Of a stretch of DNA of 64,000 nucleotides, positions 9,901 through 22,300 are shown piece after piece (the stretch's first letter is position 1; each line of letters begins with the position of its first letter). A model generated the notes under the pieces. It worked only from the letters and a program-made list of their open reading frames with translations. It made no database searches and had not been told where the DNA came from. Source of the DNA: Owenia fusiformis (lineage: Eukaryota); NCBI GenBank assembly GCA_903813345.2, contig CAIIXF020000001.1, positions 49,600,001-49,664,000 on the forward strand, in the 5' to 3' direction. The translations under genes and the position numbers were made by a program.

Positions 9901-12900
9901 GACAGTAGCATCAATTTGGACTTCATGTACCCACTACAAGAGATGAAAGTGTCTGACCTTGCTGCCATGTTCTTGGATGAGGAGACTGGTTACCGAGATA
10001 CCACACCTCTCGTATCTACTACGCCACTTCCATCACCTGAACAAATGGGCCAGATCTTCTACACTTGTGACACTCATCACAGTGATAATATCATGGATAT
10101 CACACCAGCGATGGATTATAACAGCCCGACACCAAACGTGGATACAACTCTACAAGATATCACACCTACAATCCAAGCCAACATGAATGACACTCTCTAC
10201 CAGCATATGGTGAATGATATCAACAGCGATGATACATGTGATATCCCCAACATGGAGCCACATCAGCATAACATCATATCCAGCTCCCAATGCTCTGCTA
10301 ACAACAAACTCCAGGATATCACCCCAACTCTCTACACAGTGAATGACTCCATCCTCAGAGACATGGTGAATGATCTCAACACTGATTTTCATAGCGCATC
10401 ACCAAACTTTAAGTCGCCACTGCCAAAGAAACCAAGTCGCAAGCCACAAGTTGGTGTCTCCAACAAGGACAAGACTGCACTCAATTGTACCTACTGTGGG
10501 AAGAGATTCACCATGTAAACTTCAAGAACCACATCAGAGTCCATACTGGAGAGCGACCATACTCCTGCAACATCTGCCACAAGACATTTGCCCAGAGCGC
10601 CACTCTCAAGACACACGCCAGGACCCACACAGGCGAGAAGCCATTCAGCTGCGAGTTCTGTCATCGTGGCTTCAGTGACTACTCTACCTACTCCAAGCAT
10701 GTCAGGACCCACACTGGTGACAAGCCCTACAGGTGTGACACCTGCCCTGCTGCTTTCGCCCAGTCTGGGAACCTGAACCGACATCAGAAGATTCACTTGA
10801 AGGGAAACACCAGGAAATCCAAGTTCATGAGATAATCTACTAGGTTACACACAATGGACATTGAACATTTATACACTAACTTGTGTAATGAAGTCATTTA
10901 ATGCCAAATTCAATGAGTTGCCAAATCTCATATTTTATTTCTATGTTACAATGGTCGATGAAATGCATATCTTTTAAACTATTACAAATGATTGTATATA
11001 TATATTTTAACAAAGTTTTATATGTGAAATAAATAATATAATCAAACATATTTTTGCTTTGTTTTCTCCTACTTTTGTTGAATGAATCTGACACCATCAG
11101 TAATTAGGAGAGTACTCACTATGACGCTCAAGTATATCAATAAGAGCCCCGCCATAGATCAATAAGGTGCAAGACTCTACACTGCCACATCTTGCCGCCT
11201 CGTGAAGAGCTGTTGTTGACCTAGCAACACTCCTAGAGGCAACAGACACACTGTGCAGAATGTGGTAGTTGACATCAAATCCTAGGATAAAGATTCAACA
11301 ATTCAAATCATGTAATTTTCGAATCAAAGAACATGAAACGAGCTGATGCAATGACTCCAAAATTAGCTTTACATCAACCCTGAATGATTTCTGCTAGATT
11401 GCTAAGCTTTAATCACAGGTGAACAGCGATACCAATGATTTTTAAATAAATAAAGATATGGCATGGTTATCAATCTGTGTTTATTTATAATTCTCTTTAA
11501 AAAAGATGAATAGGATTCTGCTGCTGCCACCTTTATATCCGTACAAAACCGATGACTAGAATGATTATATGGTCGCAACCTGGGGGATACAACAAAGTCA
11601 ACAAACCTTTTTCGAATAGAATTTTGAGAACATCAGGATGAGGGACAGCATAGTAGACAGGAGGAGTTTGAGCCTTTGGTACCAAGAGACCAGAACTGGA
11701 ACGTTGTAGGTCTGCTGGGTCAATGTATACATTGTCCTCACTACTGTAGTGATCTACAATGTACGTGGGGAGAATATAACATTTGAGGGTTACTTCATTT
11801 TAGGCAATCAATATATTTTCCTCTGCCGAATATCATATTGTCCCTCAGAATAAAATATATTATTCCATAATAACCATAATATCCCAGGGAAATAAACAGG
11901 GAATATAATTGATATTCAAAAAATTCTGTATCAGATCCCATATCAGCCAAAATCTTGTATCAGATGCCGTATTAGATCCTGTATCAGCCAAAATCTTGTA
12001 TCAGATCCTGTATCAAAAATATTCCCAATTTTCCTAATTTTTACATTTTTCGTTCTATTTTCAAAGTAAATAAAAGAACAAAAGTTTAAAATGTTACATA
12101 TATGATAAATCAAATTAAATCATTTTATGTCACCATCAATGGGTGATGACAGGTCATAGATACTTGAAAATTGATAAGTATCTGAAATAAAATAATGGAA
12201 TAAATAGAGGTTATTTAATGGGAGGGATGGAACATGAATTTTATTCCAAGAGAAAAAATGATATTGGCCAAGGAAAATATCATATTGACACTTGGGTCGT
12301 TGCTGGCAGTCAATATCATATTTTCCCTTGGAATAAAATTCATATTCCATCCCTCCCATTAAATAACCTCTATTTATTTCTTTTCTCTGAGAATGGGAAT
12401 TTATTTTAATATTGTGACACAACTTAAACGCAAACATAGGTACAGGATAAAATGTACATGTCTATAATCCATGCTATATATCTGGACATAAACAGAAATA
12501 TCAAGGTCATGGAAATGACAAGTGAAGGTCATAAAGTCAACAGTTAAAATAAAATTAAAATTAATCCTGGGACATGGTCGTCCCAATGAGGTCATAATAT
12601 ATTGAATTATTAGGTCAAGGTCAAAGGTTGAACATGAAACAAGACTAGTGCGGTAATCTCAAAGAATTAATGTAACTTTATGTCTTGATGATGCCAACCA
12701 CAAAGAGTCAATGTCACCTTCTAAGTCTTCTTGTTCCCTTATAAATCTTCAACGTCTTATCAAGATAAAATACACTAAAATACCGACAATTTTTACTTAC
12801 CTGAAAGTAATCTGACGATATTTCCATACCCTTTACTACAAGCACATTGTAATGGATTCAGAGAGTTCTCCCCGAATGCTAAGAGCATTTCTCTAGCTGC

Positions 12901-14309
12901 AACCTGCAGAATTATCTCTACAATTGATTCACAGTTATTCAATACTGCAATATGCAATGGCAGGTTTTCAGGGTCTTGCTTTTCAGATCCATCCCGATTT
13001 TTCCCCCTATTTCGGTATTTGTGTCTTGCACATGGAATCATGAGATCACCACATCCATTCTCTAGATACAACTTAAATAGATCAAGTTTACAACGTTCAA
13101 CTGCAATATGAAGGCTATTCACTCCAAATGCAGAGATTTTGAATTCTTCTTCTAAAGATGGGTCTAAGAAATTGTTGCATGAAGCTCCCCTGCTAATAAG
13201 GTATTTGTGGAAGTCATTCTGACGGTCACAATTAAGTGTCGCAGCAATGAGAATTGCATCTAAATCCATAGAGTCACATTCAATAGTATTGATGAATTGG
13301 AGAGCTTGGTCGAAGTTCTTTTCTTTAATCAAATTCAAGATAGCTCTGAAAATATAAATACATGTAACTCAGGCACATAGCCAGGATTTACCAGCGGGGA
13401 GAGCGGTTTTACCAAGTGGGCAGCTTTTGCCAAGGGGGGGGGGGCTTCTTGACATTTTTGGCAAAAAATCATGCAAAAAATGTTCAGAATGTTGAAAACT
13501 GCATGATTTTGAAAGAATTGCTGGGCAGGAGGAGGGTTATACCGTTCCCGGACTATAGTCCTGCACTGATCGCATTCATTTGCCTGTACGATTTCAACTT
13601 GGGAGAATTATCTACGCCCCTTACACTTAAGATACCTACCTCAATGCATTATAGATCTCAAGATGTAACTTCTAATATATTGGAACCGCTGATTGTCTGG
13701 GTATATCGGCAGAACGGGAACATTTTCTCTTTTTCATCGAGAGAGATTCCCCCGTTTGGCTGTCCCGGATGTAGCCCGGAAGTACCAATATGGAGGAATT
13801 TGACGGTTGAAATAAGTTAAATGTTACACGCAAATATTGCGATCAAAAACGAAAATGTCTTCGTTCTGCCGATAAACCCAGACAATTGTGGATTCAACTA
13901 CACGAAAAGAATGCTAAATTACCAAGGAATCTATTGAAGTAGGTATCTGAAGTGTAAGATCAGTAAAAAATTCTCCCATGTTGTAATCGCACAGGCAAAA
14001 GATTGAGATGTTCACAGGACCATAGTCCGGGAACGGGATAAGAGGAGGGGAGCGGCTGCTCCCTCCGCTCCCCCTGGCTACTGGCCCATGTGTAAAACTT
14101 ACATTATTTGTTTGTTTAGTTGTTGATGAGGCAATATGTGACTGATGTTACAGTGAACAACTTGTCACAGAACGAAGTGCCTCTTTTGCTTTGACTTCTA
14201 GGCTACTTTTACTTTCAGTTTCACTTTTCAATTGAAGCAAGTTCAGCTTTGATTTTGAAACATGTTTTTAGATGTAACGAACTCACCTGAAATCGCCGAT
14301 TTTACTCAT
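6925..14309 (-). CDS. Ankyrin repeat and SOCS box-containing (ASB-like) protein, 6 exons, 652 aa
   Basis: Exons 14309-14287 (MSKIGDFR), 13345-12801, 11753-11607, 11281-11120, 8674-8444 and 7775-6925, all GT-AG with consistent phases, total 1959 nt. Many ankyrin motifs (SLHIAV, PLHIAV, TALHEAA, TPLLEAC, TALHAAV, GNTALHLAC, GNTPLMCAI) and a C-terminal SOCS-box-like LKSQCRKQIRKILG...KDYLL. The 23-nt first exon is the least certain. Confidence 0.88.
9165..9520. promoter_or_regulatory. Cluster of six ATCAAACAGATT(A) motifs upstream of the nested zinc-finger gene
   Basis: Forward copies at 9209, 9276, 9361 and 9418; reverse copies at 9165 and 9463; GGGATTAA near 9512; TATA-like TATATATAT at 9627-9635. 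The regulatory role is inference. Confidence 0.45.
9763..10835 (+). pseudogene. Intronless glass-like C2H2 zinc-finger transcription factor with a frameshift in finger 1 (pseudogene, null allele or assembly error), nested antisense in an ASB intron
   Basis: ORF 9763-10518 (acidic, S/T/N-rich N-terminus) ends CTYCGKRFTM*. ORF 10485-10835 continues NFKNHIRVHTGERPY with three further complete fingers and TGE[R/K]P/TGDKP linkers. Helices DYSTYSKH and QSGNLNRH resemble the last fingers of glass as I recall them. AATAAA at 11028-11033. Confidence 0.8.
12199..12378. repeat. ~180-bp imperfect palindrome (fold-back element)
   Basis: AATAAATAGAGGTTATTTAATGGGAGGGATGGAA.ATGAATTTTATTCCAAG pairs with CTTGGAATAAAATTCAT.TTCCATCCCTCCCATTAAATAACCTCTATTTATT. 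Confidence 0.88.
13537..14041. mobile_element. MITE with 8-bp TSD inserted into an older CAGG-family MITE (about 13370-14090)
   Basis: TIR TTATACCGTTCCCGGACTATAGTCCTG..CAGGACCATAGTCCGGGAACGGGATAA with TSD GAGGAGGG (13529-13536, 14042-14049). The host element's halves (CAGGCACATAGCCAGG.. and ..CCCCTGGCTAC) flank it. Confidence 0.85.
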
Positions 14310-16213
14310 ATCAATCGTGTTCCTAGAATATCAAAGAATGTCTTTATCATTGGTGCCTTATTATGTTATTATAAACGTAAGAGATGTAAAGAAACGAAAA
14401 ATTCTGACAAGGGTTTGTTATGATTTATAGGTCAAGGTCGTTCAGTTACAAATGGTCAACTACAGCATGGTGTGGAAAACTGTATTCTGATATCACTAAC
14501 CAATATTTTCCTTACAAAAGAGCCAAAACTACAGAATATTAAAATAGAATAGTTTCTGTCTATTCATTAATCAGGGTTAATGAAAATCTTACTTCATAAT
14601 AAACGATTTCGTTTTGAAAATCCCAAAATACAAGAAGCGCCATCTAAAGTTGCAAAGAGGAACACAGTATGGCGGAAACAGAAATATCGATGGTAACATA
14701 AATCTTATTCAATTTTAGACTGTTTACATTTCAGTTAGCTACATTATATTTTTTGAAACATCAATACATGGTACAAAGTATTGGTACTGTAGATCTGAAC
14801 AAACCTCGAGTATTATTGTAGATTTCTACTAAACGAATATCAAAATATTTTACCCCTAAGGCCTAATCCCATTCATGGCTTCTGAGGATGTCACTGTTGA
14901 CACTTGACAGTGGGGTCAAACATGCAAAGATTGAATTCTTTACTGTTTAAGACATTCGAAAAGGAGGACAAACGTAAAAGAATGAGAAATAAGAGGTTCT
15001 CTATGTAGGGAAGGTGTTTTTTTTATCCAATATAAGTGTTCGTTTGTGAACTGACCACATGCCTGGGAACATGAATAAAAAAAAATTGAGTCGAATACAG
15101 GTAGGTATCAGAAAACAGAAAGTATGAAGAAGGCTGCCCTTAAGTTTGATCGTTAATTGTACTTAGATTATGGTTTGTCAGATTGTTTTTTATCTGATTT
15201 AAAGGAAGATAAAATAGTATTGCAATTCTAGCTACTTTTACTATTAACCAGGAATCATCTAAATTATTGATTTACCTTCTGGTGTTACTAAAACCCTAAA
15301 TCATTCAAAATTTAATGTAATAGACTAATATGCGATAGACGAAAACATGGTCATTAACATAAATATCTCCCGCAATGCATCACTTCAAAATTGATATAAG
15401 TCAAACATATATAAACATGACATCAAACCCGCGTTATATACATGAGAACTTGCTTCTTTTTCATATCGAGTCATCGAGTCTCAGCTTCCGGGAACTAAGT
15501 CGGTGGCGTCACCGTAGAACATTTCATGATTATCGTCAGTTTCGAAACATATTCGTGAAAAGGCTTTGCAGATTGCCATAAGGACCTATATTTTTATCGA
15601 TTGTGCAAATATCCGTGAAGAGGAATGTCAAATAATGCTGAAATTATGTATTCAAAATCGGACTCAGTATATTTCAATGGGGAAAAAACCCGGATGTAAA
15701 AAATTTGTTTCCGGAATTGGAGCTCTTCAACAGGGGAGGTGAGAATATTGTTGTCATTCTGAACTATCGCGTACACCTCTATTGGCATCCACGACATCGC
15801 CAAAACAAGATGGCTGTGGGTCTGGACCAGAGTTCCGAATTAACGCTCGCCACTCTCAATTTGCGAATAATTGGTGAAGGGTTGCGAACATTTTTCCAAA
15901 ATAAGTCGCAAGTTTGGCGAATAAATCCTACCGTGAGCACAGATCCATTAGTGGTAAACTTACCAATAGCTGCCGAAAGTTTCCCGGTAATCCATTCCTT
16001 ATATCTATCTCAAAAATGCTTTTATGTCGGGATAAAATATTTTTAAGTTTTTCAATATTTACTTCCGTCCTGTGCTGATGACACGACTAGTAAAAGATTC
16101 CCGCAATGGGGAATTTAACATAGGTACGGTTCAATTGTATAAAAATATTGGGTGTGTCATCGATTCACTTCGGTCCTAGTGGAAATGTGAAAAAAATAAA
16201 AAAGTGAGAGATA

Positions 16214-16360
16214 ATGCAGTCAGTGACAAAGAAACGCAAGTTTAGAGAAGAGTGGTGTTACGGGAGACCATGGTTGAAGTGTCAGGACAACAACAACATG
16301 TTTTGCGCTCTATGCAAGGAGCAGGCAAAGCACGGTGGTGGTGACAAACGTAATACATGA
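16214..16360 (+). pseudogene. hAT transposase remnant (TTF-type zinc-finger N-terminus)
   Basis: MQSVTKKRKFREEWCYGRPWLKCQDNNNMFCALCKEQAKHGGGDKRNT* shows the RKF...W...PWL...MFCxxC pattern of hAT/ZNF862-like TTF fingers. It is truncated, and a TIR-like end (..CCAGAACTCTG) lies near 16625. Confidence 0.65.
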
Positions 16361-17250
16361 TTTTGATGTAAAAAATTGGTTGTTCTGATTCAGAAATATC
16401 TTTTTAGAAATCTTGAAGAAATACAAGATAAAAACCTTGAAATCAAAGCTTCAAAATGAGCCACAGAAATGCTCAGAATGCACCAATTTCGATGAAGATA
16501 TCAAAATTTCCCGGACCCTCCTTAAGCTCGCTTCGCTCGCACTGCTCCGAAAAGTGGCTAATAAAATAAAAATTGGAAAATTAGCCACTTTGGCTAACAT
16601 TAATTTTTCTTAATCCAGAACTCTGGTCTGGACAAAACTCTAAATGGAGCTCGCTTGCATTAACAGGTGAATTAAAGCTAATGAAAGTCTGTAAAATTTA
16701 ATTTATATGAACAAAAGTTGAACGAAGGATTGGTCTTACTTGTGTGTGATAATTTGTTACAGGACAAAGCTTTAAGTTAATGAAACGAACCAAATGCAAT
16801 AAGATATTTTTTTTGATACCCACTTAAGCTTTTTAATTGGTTTTATACATGCTCCTGGACCTATAGTATTGAAGGGATCACCTCATTGTACCAACACGCA
16901 TTATACCGAAACCCATTATACCGACGCGCATTGTACCGAAAACCAATATACTGACGTGCATTATACCGAAAACCATGACGGGCTCCCCTTAGGCCCAAAG
17001 ATTTTGTAATGCCTCAAAAATACACCTTTTTGAGCATTACTTGGCCTTTTGGGACTTTTTAGACCAAATTATCAAAAATGAGCCTTTAATTTTAAAAATT
17101 TGGGCTCAGTTTTTGGGGGCCCAAGAATGTGGCCACCCCCTTCTAAATAAACCTCTGAATAGATCCTATAATTTTACAGGTTACCAGCTCTGATTTTCTC
17201 AAGACTGAATTTATATAATATAGCGTCGTTCCTGATTATTTCTATCATGT

Positions 17251-17464
17251 CAGTGATCTCCCCATGTCACTTTTACCGGGGGCTCCCCCTACTTGAAACC
17301 AAAGGCCCCCCAGTTGGCACCCAGTTGGAATCTCCACTTCAACTTCTGATTTGAAAAATGAGTGAAGTAAGCACCTACACTGAGATATTGTGAGCGTAGC
17401 GAGTGCTGATTTTTCAGACTTGAAATCTTGCACCCAGTTGAAATTTTTTTTGGGGAGAACACTG
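17251..17464. mobile_element. MITE, CAG..CTG termini, 5-bp TSD
   Basis: CAGTGATCTCCCC..GGGGAGAACACTG flanked by CATGT on both sides. Confidence 0.85.
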
Positions 17465-17680
17465 CATGTACTTTTAAAAATGATGAGTGATTTGTTAAAA
17501 TATGTTTTGTTTGTTGGGTTTTGCTACTCCTTGGATTTGCTGTTTTATAGTCTGATCTTTATCTGAAGAAAGTGACTTTACTCTCTATAAACATTTTGAT
17601 GTTCAATATTTTAAATTTTGTAGGTTCCTGAAGAAATCATGACATCTCAAAAAGACAATCAAGCTATTATTCCACAAAAT

Positions 17681-17686
17681 CAACAA

Positions 17687-17734
<48 letters not shown>
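17681..17734 (+). repeat. (CAA)n microsatellite in the 5' part of the SAM-like exon
   Basis: CAA CAA AAA followed by 15 perfect CAA units (17690-17734). Confidence 0.97.
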
Positions 17735-17735
<1 letters not shown>

Positions 17736-17796
17736 TCTAATGATGAAGAAACATACAATCATTTAAGAGGATTCAATCCCTCAAAACCTTTCCAAG

Positions 17797-18054
17797 ATGG
17801 CCTCTGCAAAACTGAGTAAATTTGAGAGCTCTCCTGGGAGAAATCAAGAGTTTGTAGATTTTATGGAAAGTCAAAATCTCCTAAAGTATATTCATTTCTT
17901 TCCTCCTGGAATGACTTTGGGATATTTTCGTGCATTGACGGAAGATGACCTTTTCGATGATTATAACGTTTTAGACCGTCCAGTAAGAATTAAATTGATG
18001 AGGGCGGTTGGCCATGCAAGACTGGAGGATGACTTTACCGATACTGAAGCTGAG
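17797..18054 (+). CDS. First coding exon of an unidentified large gene, encoding a SAM-like helical domain
   Basis: Acceptor ttttgtag at 17623, in-frame upstream stop at 17764, ATG at 17797, donor GAG|gtgaga (phase 0). EFVDFMESQNLLKYIHFF...TLGYFRALTEDDLFDDYNV...VRIKLMRAV matches the SAM pattern (FL...L.KY...F...L..LTE.DL......R.KL..AI). Confidence 0.7.
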
Positions 18055-19198
18055 GTGAGAAGTTTTTTTCATTTATGTTGTTGAATATTTTGGTCAAATT
18101 ACAAAGAAAGAAATACCAATGAAACTATTGGCTTTGTAGGGTATAAAAATGGCCTCAAAAGTGTTCACAATTTGTAGTGTTCACTTTAGAGGTATTGACA
18201 TTCACACAGAATATCTGTTATTGATTGTAGGTAAGTAGAATGTAAATTCATTTTTTCATGGCATTTTCCCATGTGAATCATAATATCCCATTGGTTAGAA
18301 TTAGAAATGACCAAAAATAAAAAGGAAATGACAGACTTGATGATTAGTCAATTAAGTTCTATATTTATCTGGAGGAATCTCGTGAATTGATCTAAATATT
18401 TTCATGGATCAAATATTAGTGCATTATATTTTGATAGGGTGTGTTTTGAGGTGTGCCATGCTAACTAGTTTTTGCCAATCACAAGTATTGTTACAAAAAA
18501 ATTATTATGAAATGTAAAAATAAAAATAGACTTTAAGTATAAATAAATTTGTCCTTGGTTTACATGCCAGCTGCTGTTCATTTCCACTTTCTCATGTTAA
18601 TGCCCTAACTGAACTGGACAAATTTGATATAATATGTACATGTACGATAGGTGTTTCTCTTTTGATACTGTGCTCAGTATACTTGTACAGTAGCATCCTT
18701 CATGATTGGACTTCACTGCTATTGCAGCTATTAAGGAAGCATTAAAATATTCTTGGACCAAGGATGGTCCAGCAGGTACTTTTCTTTTACTTTGATACTG
18801 TCACTGGTATTACACTCTTCAAACTACAGGTATTTTAACGAAACAGATACAGATCCGTTTCGGTAATAAAATGTTTGAACCTCAAAGGTTTGATTTTTCT
18901 TTTTTCCTTATTTCATGAGTTGTAGACAGAATCTCCATGACCTTTTTATCACAAACGTGTATCAGTATCATATGTTCAAGAAAATATACACATTTGTGAA
19001 CAAACAGTTCAGAAGATGGCAGAATCATCGATATCAATATAGTATCTCACTTTTGTTAACTGAACTGAGTTAAACGTGCAAATCGTAACCATTTTTGAAA
19101 TAACTCGTTTGAAGATTGCAGTACCAGTGACCATCTTGATTTTCAAGGTTTTAGTTGCTCCATGTTATAACCACTTGGAATTCGAAGATGACCAATGA

Positions 19199-19382
19199 CA
19201 GGCCCGTAGCCAGGGGGGTTGGGGCGAACCCCTCCCCTGTCCAAAATTTCTTTCAAAATCATGCAGTTTTTCACCATTCTGACTATTTTTTGAGTAATTT
19301 TTGGCCTAATTTGCCAAAGTGAACCCCCCCTAGAATTTTTGGGAAAAGTGAACCCCCTTGGTAAATTCTGGCTACGGGCTTG
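19199..19382. mobile_element. MITE, CAGGCCCGTAGCC family, 5-bp TSD
   Basis: TIR CAGGCCCGTAGCCAG..CTGGCTACGGGCTTG with TSD AATGA. Confidence 0.88.
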
Positions 19383-22300
19383 AATGACTATGTTCAATGT
19401 TGTTGTGAATCCTTTTGATTGCAGTCCTGATAAAATGCCAGATAAACAAGTGCGGATAAGTCATGGTTTAAGTTCACTGGATTGAATGAATGTTATTGAA
19501 ATCATTTTCTATGATAGCTAATGTTACCTCAACTAATTTTGTTTTTCTAGGTTAATAAGATGATCATGTATATTTTGAGCTAAACAGAAATAGAAAAATC
19601 AATTTCATTAATTGCAGTAGTGTTCAACATAAACCAGGGGTTTTATGAGCAGTAGGCCCTAGGCAGTTGTTTTTACCCAAAAATTGCCTGTCCTTGGAAA
19701 CATTTACAAGTGTTTCCATGTTATAATTATGATTTTTGACAGTTTTGTCAATTGTTTCCTTAAGTTTTTTTGTTTTGATGTCGGAAATTCTAATGAAACT
19801 GTAAAGTAACTGTAAAGCCTTCTATCTGTTCAATTAAGATACTACATAACTGTGGAAATAGCATTTGTAAAGATTTCCTCTTCATTTCCTCTATCTACAG
19901 TATACATATAGTTAACAATTAGAGCATGTGTTTTTGCATGTCAATAACCTCTACTCTGGTACTCTGATGCCAAGTGACTAGTATTAATCAGATGAAGTTC
20001 TCTTTTAATGAAGTAAAATCAAACTCTTGTATAGGGTGCCATATATTATATACTGGCTGATCTGGGGGGGGGGGGGGGGGGGCTTGGATGGGACCAGAAA
20101 AATTTGGCCTAAAATTTTTTTAGGGCCTGATCAATGGGCCTTTTTGGTCCTTTTAAGGCCTTATTTTTTAATGTTAGTTCAAATTATCAAGAAAATGGGC
20201 CTTAAATCTTCAAAAAAATATTCACGCAAGCGCTGAATTTATTTCAAAACTTCAATTATGGCCCTTCTTTCTTGGTTCCCGGATCCACCCCTGCTATAGT
20301 AGACTATTGCGATTTTCACATTTATTATGTCTGTGGTAACATATTGTTATAGTCTCCAACTTTTTTTGTGGACTGTGTTCAGCAATTGGTGTTTGGCATG
20401 ATATTTGGCATCTGTATGTTAATGCTTTGTTAAATGAATTGACTGTTGCCATTGTTACACCTCTCTAGTGTTCACTGAATGTAATATAACTGTGGACTCA
20501 CTTATACTGTTATAAAGTTAAAACTTATCAGGGAATGGTCCATAAATTACAGCATACTGACTATTGCTTCAAGATACCCCTGTATGGAATTTTAAATGAT
20601 CGTGGTTTGAAACATGTATAAAATAGGAAATACATAATTGAATAAGATATTAATAGGTCTCAAAAGCAGAGAAATAGGATAAGTTCAAAGGTGTACAGAT
20701 AGAAACATTTTTTAAAGTATGAATTATGTTTTAGGTTGAAAGGTTCTGTTTTTATGGAATCTAGGCTTACTTCAAACATTTCATTCTCAGCGATAAAAAC
20801 CTTCAGTAATTTACAGCTCTAAAGATAATTCAGACTTATTATATCTCTTTGTTTGATAGACACTCCATGTAGGATTTTCATAGAGAAATGAATGCTTAAA
20901 ATTCCAATCAAAATTATAAAGGTGGATTTGCCAATATTCATTAAAAATCTTGGCGATTTATGATCACACTTTAGAGCCTTGATTTACAATCCCTTGTTTA
21001 AAGTCAAAGTTGTGAAATCAGAGAGTAACATAAATATGTCAAGATAACTTAATGCCAATACCTTAGAAGCTGGAGCTTTTGAAGTACAGAAATGTACAGT
21101 AAGTCTGGTAAGTTCTCACTGTCAAACTCTAACTCTTGAGTATATCTCATAAAACATTGATCTTGACCTCCGGAACTCATTTGCCACGCTATAAATGGAA
21201 CTTCAGCCTTTTAGCCCTATCATAAATATGTTTTCATTGATTTGTTACAAAATTTATGGGGATTATATTCTGAGCTATTGGTTCTTGTAGAATGTCATAA
21301 TATTTAGGTTTGTCTTCATTAAAATGGGTAAATGTTGTCCCAAAGTAAGAGCTTCGTTATTGATCGATTTTTTATTTTTATGTTTTCAATTAGTGTCTAT
21401 ACTGGTATAGGTATACTAATCATGTACCTACTCTAAATACTATTTACAAAGAGTACATGTAGATGACTCAGTTACCATTTGTTTATAAAAAGCAATTATT
21501 GATGAATATTACATTATTCATGTATTAAAAAAAACTAGACATGGATCACATCTCAAATGAATACATAAATGAAGTAGCTAAATCCGAGTATATCCAGTAA
21601 GTCTTGTATTAGAGCTTTTCACACAGTCTGCTCGCTGTGTTTTTTGTAATTGTGTTTTCCATAATAGTGTTTTCCATCAGGCGGTCTCTTTGAACTTGGA
21701 GAAAAATGATAAACATGTGAGTTATTCATCATAAAAAGTCTAGCACAAATGAATCATTGTGATAAGCATAATGCATGGGATACCATGTCAGACTGTTTCT
21801 ACTTACTACTAGAGGGAATAACAGAAAATGTCACTTTGACTCCATCTCATAGTTATTGTATATTATACTCCAAATGAGCGCTTTTGTTACTGATACAGGT
21901 TAGGCCCTTACAAATTAAACTTCTGTTTAGTAGTTTCTACCTGGTCATTGTCTCAGATTTTCAAGGTATGAAATTTTGATTGAATATTAAACTGGTAAGC
22001 AAAAAGCCTTAAAAGGAAACATTGCCATAAATATCTAAGGGCTTCATAGATGAGAGAACAGTTTTTGCAAACATCGCAACATTATATGAGACTGTTTTGG
22101 GGAAATGTTATTCATTTTAATGCCACTTTTCAAACTTTGCTTTGGGGAATGTAGATGTTTACTCATGATTTGAAAAATCTAGATATTTTTATGTTATTTA
22201 TAAATAACCCCCAGTCTATTAGATGTAGTCAAAATGATAGATTTTTCATTGAAATAACACGCAAGGATCTAATCATCTATAAATCTGAATTCAGATCAAA

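Noticed and set aside
10513..10520. Small intron or programmed frameshift rescuing the zinc-finger ORF
   Set aside because: Sequence is missing rather than extra (finger spacing is 4 nt short), and there is no acceptor or slippery heptamer.
14103..14263. Coding first exon of the ASB gene
   Set aside because: It has a good donor at 14102, but the ATG-initiated frame stops after six codons; exon 14309-14287 gives a clean in-phase start. It may be a non-coding alternative exon.
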